64,000 nucleotides of DNA from an uncultured Gammaproteobacteria bacterium (GTDB lineage: Bacteria > Patescibacteriota > Microgenomatia > CAYQLK01). The stretch lies in NCBI GenBank assembly GCA_964445355.1, contig CAYUKQ010000001.1, positions 12,277 through 76,276 on the forward strand, read 5' to 3'. The translations under genes were made by a program, and so were the position numbers. The notes beneath the pieces were generated by a model that was not told the DNA's origin, did not search any database, and saw only the letters and a program-made list of their open reading frames with translations. Positions 28,977 to 38,198 of this stretch are shown here, piece after piece. Position 1 is the stretch's first letter. Every line of letters begins with the position of its first letter.

Positions 28977-29204
28977 TTATCTCCGAAACACCTTTACACC
29001 CATGGCCGCAAGCAGGATCCAAACAATAATTGCAATAATCCAAAAGAAAAAAACAAAGCCAAAATTATACTTAGTAAAAAAAAGCAGAGCCGGTGTTAAA
29101 ATACCAACGATCAACAAATATAATATTAACGAATACAATTGATCGTATCGCTTTACATAAAACCACGCTTTTTCGTAAAACAGTGACCAAAAACTACTAA
29201 ACAT
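28977..29204 (-). CDS. Small membrane protein
   Basis: 75 aa, two TM helices, fills the intergenic gap. Confidence 0.55.
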   Translation of the reverse strand: MFSSFWSLFYEKAWFYVKRYDQLYSLILYLLIVGILTPALLFFTKYNFGFVFFFWIIAIIVWILLAAMGVKVFRR

Positions 29205-29230
29205 ATCTCAAACTCAACTATACTTAACTC

Positions 29231-30307
29231 ATGACTTTTATTCAAAACTACAATCAGTTCCTCGGTGAGTTTAACCCTTTCTTGGAAAGATATCTCTCAA
29301 CGCTTCAAAAAACTTCCGACAGTATGCACGATAGTGCACAATTATTGATTGATATTTCCTCACAAGCAGTCAATAGTTCCGGTAAACGGCTTCGCCCGTT
29401 TCTGGTTGCTCTTGGCTATCAAATTGCTTCAAGTCAAACTGAAGTTTCGAATGAAGTTTTAAAAGCCGGGCTTATTTCTGAGATATTTCACTCATTTGCC
29501 TTGGTTCATGATGACATCATTGATCAGTCTGATACTCGTCGAGGGCAAAAAACTTCGCAAGTTCTATTCTCAGAGGAACACAAGGCCAAAAATTTTAAGG
29601 GAACTGATCAGCACTTTGGTACTTCGATGGCAATTTTAACCGGTGATCTGTTGATCGCTTATGCGACTAAGATACTTACAGATCTTAAATTTAGTCGATC
29701 GATTAAGGAAAAAGCTAGTCAGTGTTTTGCTGATATGTTTATTAACCTAATTATCGGACAGTACCAAGACGTTTATCAGTCATTTAATACCGATCGCCCG
29801 TCCAAAGAAATGATTTTATCAACATTAAGATGGAAGTCTGGCGAATATTCGATCGAATTCCCATTAAAATTTGGAGGCATACTCGGCGAGGCTGGTGATG
29901 GCTTGCTAGATTTCTATGCTAAGTTCGCTCAGCCCGTTGGAATCGCCTTTCAACTAAAAGATGATTTGCTTGGAGTTTTTGGTGATAGTACGTCAATTGG
30001 GAAATCCAATCTTTCTGATATTCGTGAGGGTAAAAATACACTATTAATTAATTATGCTCTGTCTGCTGCCAGTAATCAGCAGAAAAACACCCTTGACCAG
30101 ATCCTTGGTAATGTAAATGCTCAAGAAGAGGATCTCGAAAAGATAAAAACAATTCTCATTGAGACTGGCACAAAAAATAAAGTAGAGGAAGAGATTTCTG
30201 CAATGGTTCTTTCTGCACAAAGTTTAATAGAGCGATCCAAAATATCAAAAGATCATCAAGAAATTTTAAGCGGATTTGCAGACTTTATTATTAATCGTAA
30301 TCGTTGA
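29231..30307 (+). CDS. Polyprenyl diphosphate synthase
   Basis: GKRLRP, HDDIID...RRG, FQLKDD. Confidence 0.93.
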   Translation: MTFIQNYNQFLGEFNPFLERYLSTLQKTSDSMHDSAQLLIDISSQAVNSSGKRLRPFLVALGYQIASSQTEVSNEVLKAGLISEIFHSFALVHDDIIDQSDTRRGQKTSQVLFSEEHKAKNFKGTDQHFGTSMAILTGDLLIAYATKILTDLKFSRSIKEKASQCFADMFINLIIGQYQDVYQSFNTDRPSKEMILSTLRWKSGEYSIEFPLKFGGILGEAGDGLLDFYAKFAQPVGIAFQLKDDLLGVFGDSTSIGKSNLSDIREGKNTLLINYALSAASNQQKNTLDQILGNVNAQEEDLEKIKTILIETGTKNKVEEEISAMVLSAQSLIERSKISKDHQEILSGFADFIINRNR

Positions 30308-30336
30308 AATAAGCTATAATTAACCCGAATTTGATT

Positions 30337-30549
30337 ATGAAAATTACAGAAAATAAAAAAAGAAGATTCCAAAAAACAGATATTTACTGCGCTTTCTTGC
30401 TTTTAGCAAGCGGAATAATGAATGCTTTTCCCGGCCTGTTTACGCCAATTGTTCAAAGTATTGGCCTGGGCACAATTAACCTTCAGATCATTCTAGGTGT
30501 GGTTTCTGTTGTTTTGGCACTCTATCTGCTTTTAGAAAAGAGTCGGTAA
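30337..30549 (+). CDS. Small membrane protein
   Basis: Two hydrophobic helices; co-oriented in the gene run. Confidence 0.55.
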   Translation: MKITENKKRRFQKTDIYCAFLLLASGIMNAFPGLFTPIVQSIGLGTINLQIILGVVSVVLALYLLLEKSR

Positions 30550-30555
30550 TTTTTT

Positions 30556-30867
30556 ATGAGTACTGTTTCTAAAAAAGATGTTGAGAAAATATTAACCGAG
30601 GTTATCGATCCGGAATTAGGGATCAACATGGTCGACCTTGGCCTATTATATGATATTAAGATTTCTTCCCAAAATCACGTTGATATTACAATGACACTAA
30701 CTACGCCAGGTTGCCCTTTGGGTAGTTTTTTTCGTAAAGATATTCGTGATAGGCTAGCACAATTAGAAGGAGTAAAAAGCAGTGATGTATTGATTGTTTT
30801 TGACCCTCCTTGGGATTTTAGCCGGGTTACAGATTCTGCCAAGGCTCAATTAGGATTCGTATCCTGA
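30556..30867 (+). CDS. DUF59/SufT-like Fe-S cluster assembly factor
   Basis: DPELGINMVDLGL, TLTTPGCP, FDPPW. Confidence 0.92.
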   Translation: MSTVSKKDVEKILTEVIDPELGINMVDLGLLYDIKISSQNHVDITMTLTTPGCPLGSFFRKDIRDRLAQLEGVKSSDVLIVFDPPWDFSRVTDSAKAQLGFVS

Positions 30868-30868
30868 C

Positions 30869-31336
30869 CTAATCTTGTCCTAGCTTATCGTGCCACAAAA
30901 GCATCGATATTTTCCTGTACTTATCACTGTTCTTATCTCCGTACGTCCAGTGGTGAATTTTAGGTGATTTTTCGTCCGGACTATTACTGATTGCCAATCC
31001 ATTATCCAAATAGAATCCAATATGCTTATGCTCCATGCCGTCTGGGTAGATGATACCTTCCCAGACAATCACACAACCTTCTTTCGGCTCAGTTATTTGA
31101 TACCAGCCACCAGCTTCCAAATCCCTTATTGTTCCGTCCACTGTAGCATGGCGGTCATTAATCAATTTATGTAAATACAAAATTCCTGACACAAACTGCG
31201 CACAGCTTAGGTCTCCGTCGTCCAAAATATCTTTTTTGACTCCGTCTACTTCTGCCCAAAGATTCTTAAAAATTTTACTGCCTTCTGAGTTTTTGATTGC
31301 TGTAAGGTAGCTGAGTTTGTTTAGTATTTTTATCAT
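30869..31336 (-). CDS. Hypothetical protein, possible NlpC/CHAP papain-like fold
   Basis: SCAQFVS and HIGFY ... N putative Cys-His catalytic residues. Confidence 0.55.
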   Translation of the reverse strand: MIKILNKLSYLTAIKNSEGSKIFKNLWAEVDGVKKDILDDGDLSCAQFVSGILYLHKLINDRHATVDGTIRDLEAGGWYQITEPKEGCVIVWEGIIYPDGMEHKHIGFYLDNGLAISNSPDEKSPKIHHWTYGDKNSDKYRKISMLLWHDKLGQD

Positions 31337-31568
31337 AAAGACATTTTATCAATTAATTCGTTAACTGGATTAGTTTCCACTCAAATTTATTCAAAAAATT
31401 ATAAGATAATTCATTATTTACGCCTTATTTTTTTTCTGATTTCAGCAATTTAGACTTGTAGTGTCAAGGAATTGTATTTATAGGTTATTAATTTTCACGC
31501 AATTTTATTTTCGGGTTAATTTCGTGTATAATACTTCTAAGGCTAGAACCAATTTTAACCCTTGACAC

Positions 31569-31615
31569 TTAACATATCTTGTAAATAAACTGGTCATATA
31601 CACAAGATATTGTAT
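31569..31615 (+). promoter_or_regulatory. Tandem NrdR boxes overlapping the nrdR-nrdJ promoter
   Basis: TTAACATATCTTGTAA (31569) and ACACAAGATATTGTAT (31600), 31 bp apart; TTGACA at 31562. Confidence 0.75.
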
Positions 31616-31704
31616 ATCTTGCTGAAAATACATCGAGGTGTTTAAAGCAACTTAAAAAACAAAATAAGCTTTTTTAATCACCTTGTTTTCACGCTTACAA
31701 ACTC

Positions 31705-32190
31705 ATGAAATGTCCGTTCTGTTACTCAAGTTCCAGCAAGGTCATCGATAAAAGAGAGTCGGATGATAAAAGAACAACTAGAAGACGTCGGCAGTGTCTT
31801 AAGTGTTCCAAAAGATTCACGACTTTTGAACGTGTCGAGACCATTGACTTGCTTGTTGTCAAAAAAGACGGCCGACGAGAACACTTTGACCGAAATAAAC
31901 TCAGATCAGGTATCGTCAAAAGTTGCGAAAAAAGACCCGTACCTGCAGAGATGATCGAATCAACAGTCGACAAAATCGAAACAGAGCTTCGCAAGCTCAC
32001 TGGCAATGAGATCCACTCCAAGAAACTAGGCGATTTGGTAATGAAACACCTCAAAAAAGTCGATGAAGTTGCCTATATTCGTTTTGCTTCGGTCTACCGG
32101 CAATTTACTGATCTTAATGATTTTGAAAAAGAACTCGCGTCTTTAACCAATAATCTAAGAGCTCGTAAAGCCTCGACTACCAAGAACTAA
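31705..32190 (+). CDS. nrdR: Transcriptional repressor NrdR
   Basis: MKCPFC, RRRRQC..C..RFTTFE, ATP-cone, AYIRFASVY. Confidence 0.97.
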   Translation: MKCPFCYSSSSKVIDKRESDDKRTTRRRRQCLKCSKRFTTFERVETIDLLVVKKDGRREHFDRNKLRSGIVKSCEKRPVPAEMIESTVDKIETELRKLTGNEIHSKKLGDLVMKHLKKVDEVAYIRFASVYRQFTDLNDFEKELASLTNNLRARKASTTKN

Positions 32191-32282
32191 AAAGCTGATT
32201 TTGTTTCCTGCTTAGGATAATTTTTCTACGCAGAACAAGTTGTGTCTATAAAAATAAAAGTCAAAAAAGAAAGGAAATCGAA

Positions 32283-34949
32283 ATGGCGTTGCCAAAATCA
32301 AAACTGAAGGTTAAGGATCTGCAAAAATTTGGTAAAGAAATACCCGCACCTCCAGCTGATCTTCCCGAGCCAGGCCTTTCAGAGAATGCTGCCTATATTG
32401 CCAAGACCAGATACGCTTTTCGTGACGAAAACGGTACTCCGATTGAAGGTCCTAAAGAAATGTTCTGGCGCGTAGCTTACAACATCGCCACCGCAGACCG
32501 TAATTACAATGGTAATTCCACCAGTAAAACCCTAGAAACCGCGCGCAAATTCTACAACATGATGGCCTCCCAAGAGTATATTCCCAACACTCCAACCATG
32601 GTTAATGCTGGTAAACCCAATCAGCAGCTTTCAGCCTGTTTCGTTTTGCCGGTTGAGGATAGTATGACTGCTATTCTCAAGACCATGAGTGATATGGCGA
32701 TGATTCACAAGAGTGGTGGCGGAACCGGATTCTCTTTCTCACGCCTCAGGCCGTACGGAGATGTCATCGGTTCGTCGCGTGGTACCACCGTTGGTCCGGT
32801 ATCGTTTATGCAAGCTTACAATGATGTAACCACCCAAATTAAACAAGGCGGTGTCAGGCGGGGAGCAAATATGGGTATCCTTCACATTACCCACCCTGAT
32901 ATTTTGAGATTTGCAGTTCACAAAGTTGATGAATTTTCTTTAACCAATTTCAATATTTCGGTCACTGTTACCGAAGATTTTATGGAGACCGTTCGTTCCG
33001 ACAGTCGCTTCATCGAAGGCGATGAAAGCCTTAATGTTGAAGAGTTAGAAGAGATCGTTTCAGAAATTAGGGCCGCACAAGCTATCAGAGATGTTGATCT
33101 GAAACTTGTTAAGGTCGAAGAGGGTGTCAAAAAACTTTACGAACTTACCAAGGCTACCCAGGAGGGTGAGGGATACGAGCTTATTAATCCGCGCACCAAT
33201 CAAGTCGCCGGCAAACTAAACGCCAAAAAAGTCTTTGACCTCATTACACGTCTTGCTTGGCAGTACGGTGATCCGGGTATGATCCTCATCGATCGGATCA
33301 ACAATTCACGCGCCAATCCCGTGCCCCGATTCGGCATGATTGAAGCAACCAATCCTTGTGGTGAACAGCCGCTCCATCCTTACGACGCGTGTACACTAGG
33401 CTCGATCAATCTTAATAAATTCCGCAAAGGCAAAACAATTGATTGGGATAGGCTAAAAGATGCGATCCATGAAAGTATTCACTTCCTGGATAATGTTTTG
33501 GATATGAATGAATATCCGCTCCCCGAGATCCATAGAACTACCAGAGCAATCAGGCGCGTAGGTTTAGGGGTGATGGGTTTTGCTGATCTGTTAGCAGGGC
33601 TCGGAATCGGTTATAACACCGATGAGGCTTTTAAAAAGGCTGAAGAGATCATGAAATTTTTCCAGGAAGAGAGTGATAATGCCTCAGAAGATCTTGCTAA
33701 GATCCGTGGCAACTTTGGTGCTTACGAAGGATCGATCTATGATGGTGTTCGCCCAATGCGCAACGGCGCAAGAACCACAATTGCTCCCACCGGTACTATC
33801 TCAATGCTGGCCGACTGTTCCAGTGGAATTGAGCCTCATTTTGCTTTAACTTATGCAAAAAATACTGTTGAAGGCAAAAGACTCTTCAATACCATTGAGG
33901 AATTTGTTAAGGCAGCCAAAAAAGAAAACATTTATTCTGACGAATTACTGGAAAAGATTCAGGACAACAAAGGTTCGGTTCAGGGGCTCAAAGAAGTGCC
34001 TGAGAGTTTGCAAAAGGTTTTTGTTGTTGCCGGGGATATTAGTCCGGAACAGCACGTCAAAATGCAGGCAGCTTTCCAGCACTATACTGACAATGCTATT
34101 AGCAAAACCATCAACTTCAATAACGACGCAACAGTAGAAGATGTGCGTAACGCTTATTGGCTAGCCTACGAACAGGGATGTAAGGGGATCACGATCTACC
34201 GCGACGGGTCACGCGACAAGCAGGTTTTGGAAACCAAAAAAGAGGATTCTTACTATGATCAATTAGCCGGTAAGAAAAAATCCGCAAACAATAGTGCTGA
34301 ACAACCGCATTTCCCGATCTTGCCGATTCGCAAACCCACGCCATCCGAAGCTTGGGGAATGCGTATCAGAAAACCTTCCGATGTCGGAAATGTTTATACA
34401 TCAGTATTCCGTAACGCCCAAAACGAACCGGTTGAAGTCTTTGTTAATATCGGAAAATCCGGCGCTTATGTTTCAGGCGCTGCAGAGGTTACGGGAAGAT
34501 TAGGGTCTCTTGCTTTGAAATACGGTGCAAGTTTGGAAGAAGTGGCTTCTGAACTGGTTGGTATCAGCTGTGGAACGCAATACGGCGTAGGCCCGAACGC
34601 AATTTATTCAGCTTTTGACGCAGTCGGTAAGTCCCTTATTGAGATTGCTACTGCCAAACAGCTTAATTTGCTTTCTCAGGATCTGATTTCTCAAGACGAA
34701 AAACCCGTTTCTGCAGACGACAATCTTTCTTCGTCCAACAGCCACACACGACCCAGCTCTGGTACGGTTGTACAAGAGTCTTTGATCAAAGAAGAGCCGT
34801 TGGCACTGGAAATTAAATCGCCTCTGGAGCACAAGGTTGTCACTCTCGATATCAACAACTCGTGTCCACAGTGTGGTAGTCCGCTCGCCTTCAAAGAAGG
34901 ATGCAAAAGCTGTATTAATCCGCTTTGCGGCTGGTCCAAATGTAGCTAA
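32283..34949 (+). CDS. nrdJ: Class II adenosylcobalamin-dependent ribonucleotide reductase with TSCPD-like domain and C-terminal Zn ribbon
   Basis: PNTPT, LSACF, GGVRRGANM, TNPCGEQ, TIAPTGT, YRDGSR, CPQCG...GCKSC...CGWSKC. Confidence 0.95.
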   Translation: MALPKSKLKVKDLQKFGKEIPAPPADLPEPGLSENAAYIAKTRYAFRDENGTPIEGPKEMFWRVAYNIATADRNYNGNSTSKTLETARKFYNMMASQEYIPNTPTMVNAGKPNQQLSACFVLPVEDSMTAILKTMSDMAMIHKSGGGTGFSFSRLRPYGDVIGSSRGTTVGPVSFMQAYNDVTTQIKQGGVRRGANMGILHITHPDILRFAVHKVDEFSLTNFNISVTVTEDFMETVRSDSRFIEGDESLNVEELEEIVSEIRAAQAIRDVDLKLVKVEEGVKKLYELTKATQEGEGYELINPRTNQVAGKLNAKKVFDLITRLAWQYGDPGMILIDRINNSRANPVPRFGMIEATNPCGEQPLHPYDACTLGSINLNKFRKGKTIDWDRLKDAIHESIHFLDNVLDMNEYPLPEIHRTTRAIRRVGLGVMGFADLLAGLGIGYNTDEAFKKAEEIMKFFQEESDNASEDLAKIRGNFGAYEGSIYDGVRPMRNGARTTIAPTGTISMLADCSSGIEPHFALTYAKNTVEGKRLFNTIEEFVKAAKKENIYSDELLEKIQDNKGSVQGLKEVPESLQKVFVVAGDISPEQHVKMQAAFQHYTDNAISKTINFNNDATVEDVRNAYWLAYEQGCKGITIYRDGSRDKQVLETKKEDSYYDQLAGKKKSANNSAEQPHFPILPIRKPTPSEAWGMRIRKPSDVGNVYTSVFRNAQNEPVEVFVNIGKSGAYVSGAAEVTGRLGSLALKYGASLEEVASELVGISCGTQYGVGPNAIYSAFDAVGKSLIEIATAKQLNLLSQDLISQDEKPVSADDNLSSSNSHTRPSSGTVVQESLIKEEPLALEIKSPLEHKVVTLDINNSCPQCGSPLAFKEGCKSCINPLCGWSKCS

Positions 34950-34966
34950 TAATTAGCCTGTAGTAT

Positions 34967-34995
34967 TTGACTTTTAGCTTCAAATCTGGTATAAT
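34967..34995 (+). promoter_or_regulatory. sigma70 promoter
   Basis: TTGACT-17bp-TATAAT with extended -10 TG. Confidence 0.75.
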
Positions 34996-35031
34996 TACCC
35001 TTAAGAAAATTAACATTTCTGGAGGTTAGTT

Positions 35032-35370
35032 TTGCCTGCTCATACACTCCCAATCTATCAGGTTCAGTGTCTTTCGGGACACGTATACAACGCCGCAGTT
35101 GGTTCTCAGCTCGAGGCTGACTGCAAGCAGCGCGAGGAGGACGGCTTCATTGACGCCTTAATTCTGCCTCATGACGATTGCGAATATTGTCTCCAAATCG
35201 CAATCAAGAGCGCAATTCAAAACTACCGCGCACTTTGCGGAGATTGGGGTTGCGTTGGCGACTGTGGTGCCAAGTCTCCCGATCAATGTCGGGGAGCAGA
35301 CGACATCGATAAATATCGATCTTTGCTCACGGCCGCCGACAAGCGCAATCGTCTTCCCGAGACCGCCTAA
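35032..35370 (+). CDS. Cys/His-rich hypothetical protein
   Basis: SD GGAGG before TTG; CLSGH, HDDCEYC, CGDWGCVGDC; own promoter and terminator. Confidence 0.7.
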   Translation: MPAHTLPIYQVQCLSGHVYNAAVGSQLEADCKQREEDGFIDALILPHDDCEYCLQIAIKSAIQNYRALCGDWGCVGDCGAKSPDQCRGADDIDKYRSLLTAADKRNRLPETA

Positions 35371-35384
35371 AAAGTTCGCACATC

Positions 35385-35416
35385 TCCCCGCCTTAAAAAA
35401 GCGGGGAATTTTTTTT
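35385..35416 (+). terminator. Intrinsic terminator
   Basis: TCCCCGC / GCGGGGA stem followed by T8. Confidence 0.8.
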
Positions 35417-35423
35417 AAAAAAT

Positions 35424-35451
35424 TTGACAATATTTACAAATATCCTATAAT
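35424..35451 (+). promoter_or_regulatory. sigma70 promoter of the aldolase gene
   Basis: TTGACA-16bp-TATAAT. Confidence 0.8.
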
Positions 35452-35494
35452 CCGAGACGGACTTTGTACCTTCACAAGGAGACAGTTTACGTCA

Positions 35495-36496
35495 ATGGCA
35501 AACACCTCAAGAGATTTGTGGGCAACTGCCCGCGCCATGGTCGAGCGACCCAAGGTCATCCTTGCGGCCGATGAATCGACCGGAACAATGGGCGACCGGC
35601 TCAGCTCGATCGGAGTGGAGAACACTCTCGAAGCCCGAACTGCATTCCGTCGCCTTCTCTTCTCAGCCCTGGGAATCGAAGGATACGTCGGGGCAACCAT
35701 CCTCTTCGAGGAAACGCTCGCCGATCCCGAACTGGTCGAACTTTTGACCAGCAAGGGTATCATTCCGGTGGTTAAGATCGACCGGGGGCTGGTCGAGTAT
35801 GGGGCTAAGGGCGAAAAGATCGTCCGCGGCTTCGACACATCGGAACTGATCCCGCGTCTCGAGCAGTACGCCAGGCAGGGTGCGAGAGCAACCAAATTCC
35901 GCAGCCTTTTCGGTATCACTGACGATGCTGATCAGCTACCGACACGCGAGTGCATCGCACTCAATGCCTTCGCTCAGGCTCAGTTTGCCAAGCTGAGCCA
36001 GGAGTTCGGCATGGTACCGATGGTCGAGCCCGAACTCGATTTCAAAGGTGCTCATGACATCCGGGTTTGCGAGGAGGCCTCGGACGAAGTGCTCGAGGCT
36101 GTTTTCGAGCAGCTCATGATCTTTGGGGTCGATCCGTCCGGCATGATCCTCAAGCCGTCAATGATCACCTCCGGCCAGAGCGCCCAGAGCCGCGCTTCAG
36201 CAAGCGAAGTTGCGACTCGGACCTTAAGCACGATGCTTCGATGGGTCCCGAATGTGATCCCAGGCATTGCTTTCTTGTCTGGCGGTCAGTCGGACGAGGA
36301 AGCCGATGAGAATTTGGCCGCCATCGCCCGGCATGGTCGCGAACAGATGTCGCCGTACAGGTTCACTGCCTCCTTCGGCCGTGGACTTCAACGCCGCGCA
36401 CTCAAAGCGTGGGGAGGCCAAGAGGCAAACACCGAAACGGCCCAGCAGGTGTTCATCGACAAGTGCCGCGAAACCAGCGAAGCTAGCGTCGCCTAA
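35495..36496 (+). CDS. Class I fructose-bisphosphate aldolase (eukaryote-like glycolytic family)
   Basis: ILAADES, ILFEET, VPMVEPE, LKPSM, FLSGGQ, SFGRGLQ; SD AAGGAG before ATG 35495. Confidence 0.93.
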   Translation: MANTSRDLWATARAMVERPKVILAADESTGTMGDRLSSIGVENTLEARTAFRRLLFSALGIEGYVGATILFEETLADPELVELLTSKGIIPVVKIDRGLVEYGAKGEKIVRGFDTSELIPRLEQYARQGARATKFRSLFGITDDADQLPTRECIALNAFAQAQFAKLSQEFGMVPMVEPELDFKGAHDIRVCEEASDEVLEAVFEQLMIFGVDPSGMILKPSMITSGQSAQSRASASEVATRTLSTMLRWVPNVIPGIAFLSGGQSDEEADENLAAIARHGREQMSPYRFTASFGRGLQRRALKAWGGQEANTETAQQVFIDKCRETSEASVA

Positions 36497-36510
36497 CACA
36501 AGTACCAGCT

Positions 36511-36546
36511 ACCCGTCCCGGATTTTATCCAGGGCGGGTTTTTTTT
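36511..36546 (+). terminator. Intrinsic terminator
   Basis: ACCCGTCCCGGAT / ATCCAGGGCGGGT stem followed by a T-tract. Confidence 0.8.
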
Positions 36547-36635
36547 ATAACCAAAAATCAATCAGATTAAGAATTACACCACACGCTTACAAGCCGCACC
36601 GATTACCCAACAAAACCAAATTCATTTGAAGAACT

Positions 36636-37397
36636 CTAGTCGTTAGTTGCGTTCTGAGTTTTTGCTATCCTTTTTTTGGTCAACTCAACATGAACAAAAA
36701 CAACAATCCTCACAACAATTGCAAACACTCCAAACCCCATCGCGAATCTGCCCATAAATCGCTTAATAACCAATACACCATCCTTAGTCTCCGCCAAGTA
36801 GAAGTGAAGCAGTACAAACGCTAATGCTAAATAAGACATCGTTTGCAATAGTTTCCATTTTTTCGCCCCCATTATTTCCATTGATTTTTTATTCGAAGTA
36901 ATAGTGATCAAAAAAAGCAGTATTGTTGCGACCATACCTGCCCAAACCGGCGCGACTTTAGGGTTGCTAAAACTCAAAGCTGCCACAAAATCCCATTGAT
37001 AATATTTGTAGATAACCAAGATAAAATGTGTCAGTGCAATAAAAAATGACGAAATCCCCCAAAATTTTCGATGCACCTTAACGAAGTTAAAAAATTTGAT
37101 GTATTTTGCCAAAGGTCCGACCAGAAGTGTGATTGATAATAGTGTTATTGACCACAACCCAGTGGTTTTTATCATTTCACTGGTAGTGAATTTAAATTTG
37201 TTATAAGTTACAAAATACAACACAAAAACAGCTAACGGAATCAAAAAATGATAGAACCAAATATCAATTCTTCTTCTTGTTGTCTGGTTGTCAAAATCTG
37301 GGTGAGGCAGATGTTCCACTGGGTTAATATTCTGAATCGTTTGAGGTTGAGAGGGTAGTGACTGAGCGACCGGACTTGATTGTGACTCTACTTCCAT
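36636..37397 (-). CDS. MsrQ/YedZ-like ferric reductase transmembrane protein
   Basis: TGLWS, HRKFWG, TH, ITS, WKLLQTMSY, LLH; about 6 TM helices. Confidence 0.8.
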   Translation of the reverse strand: MEVESQSSPVAQSLPSQPQTIQNINPVEHLPHPDFDNQTTRRRIDIWFYHFLIPLAVFVLYFVTYNKFKFTTSEMIKTTGLWSITLLSITLLVGPLAKYIKFFNFVKVHRKFWGISSFFIALTHFILVIYKYYQWDFVAALSFSNPKVAPVWAGMVATILLFLITITSNKKSMEIMGAKKWKLLQTMSYLALAFVLLHFYLAETKDGVLVIKRFMGRFAMGFGVFAIVVRIVVFVHVELTKKRIAKTQNATND

Positions 37398-37559
37398 TGA
37401 AATCAAACAACTTATAAATAATTATCTAAAGTAACTTACCATAATAATTACATACTCTTCTGTTTTTTTACAATATTTCACTCAATAGTCCGAATAAAAT
37501 TGATAATTTTAATATATCTAAGCAAAGTAAGTTTATAAGTCACTGTATAATTATTCATT

Positions 37560-38198
37560 ATGAGATTTTCACTAATCGGGGTAATTTTATTAAATACTGG
37601 AATATTTTTATCTTTACTCATTTATCCAATTTTATTTACTTCGCAAAATAAGTCTTTTTATCAGTATCATTTTAATAATTTACCGCTTAACACAGGTTTT
37701 GATTATCAGACCAACCTTGAAATCTCAAACAAGATCACAAACTACCTGATTACAGGTCAAGGTTTACCTGTTGAATTAATGAGTTCTCGTGCCGTTGTTC
37801 ATATGCTTGACGTGCGGGATATTTTTTACAGAGCAATATTTTTGCCAGTTTTATTAATTATCTCAGCTATGTTTTTCTTAATTATGTCTGGGAAACAGAT
37901 TAAATACCGACACATCATACCTGCTCCACTGATAATTTTGTCATTTTTATTAACATTACTTCTTGGACAGCAAAAAGTTTTTAATTTTATATTTCTCAAA
38001 TTTCATTTACTTTTCTACACTAACGATCTGTGGATGCTTGATGACAATGATTTGCTATTAAAACTCTACCCCGAGGAATTTTTCTTTCGACTAACGTATT
38101 TTAGTGGTGCAATTACGCTATTAGTATCGTTCATTCTTCTTGCTGTTCTTATTTATAATCAAAATAAAGAAAAAAATAATGCAGTTAGAAATCGGTAA
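37560..38198 (+). CDS. DUF1461/Lit-like integral membrane protein
   Basis: HMLDVR, FH...ND.W, LYPEEFF pattern; 4 TM helices. Confidence 0.7.
   Translation: MRFSLIGVILLNTGIFLSLLIYPILFTSQNKSFYQYHFNNLPLNTGFDYQTNLEISNKITNYLITGQGLPVELMSSRAVVHMLDVRDIFYRAIFLPVLLIISAMFFLIMSGKQIKYRHIIPAPLIILSFLLTLLLGQQKVFNFIFLKFHLLFYTNDLWMLDDNDLLLKLYPEEFFFRLTYFSGAITLLVSFILLAVLIYNQNKEKNNAVRNR

Noticed and set aside
35171-35494. 108-aa N-terminal extension of the aldolase in the ORF track
   Set aside because: It runs through another gene, a terminator and a promoter; SD plus ATG at 35495 gives a normal-length enzyme
36491-36546. GCCTAAC at the aldolase stop resembling an integron attC inverse core
   Set aside because: No matching GTTRRRY core, the stem is followed by a T-tract like a terminator, and there is no integrase in the window
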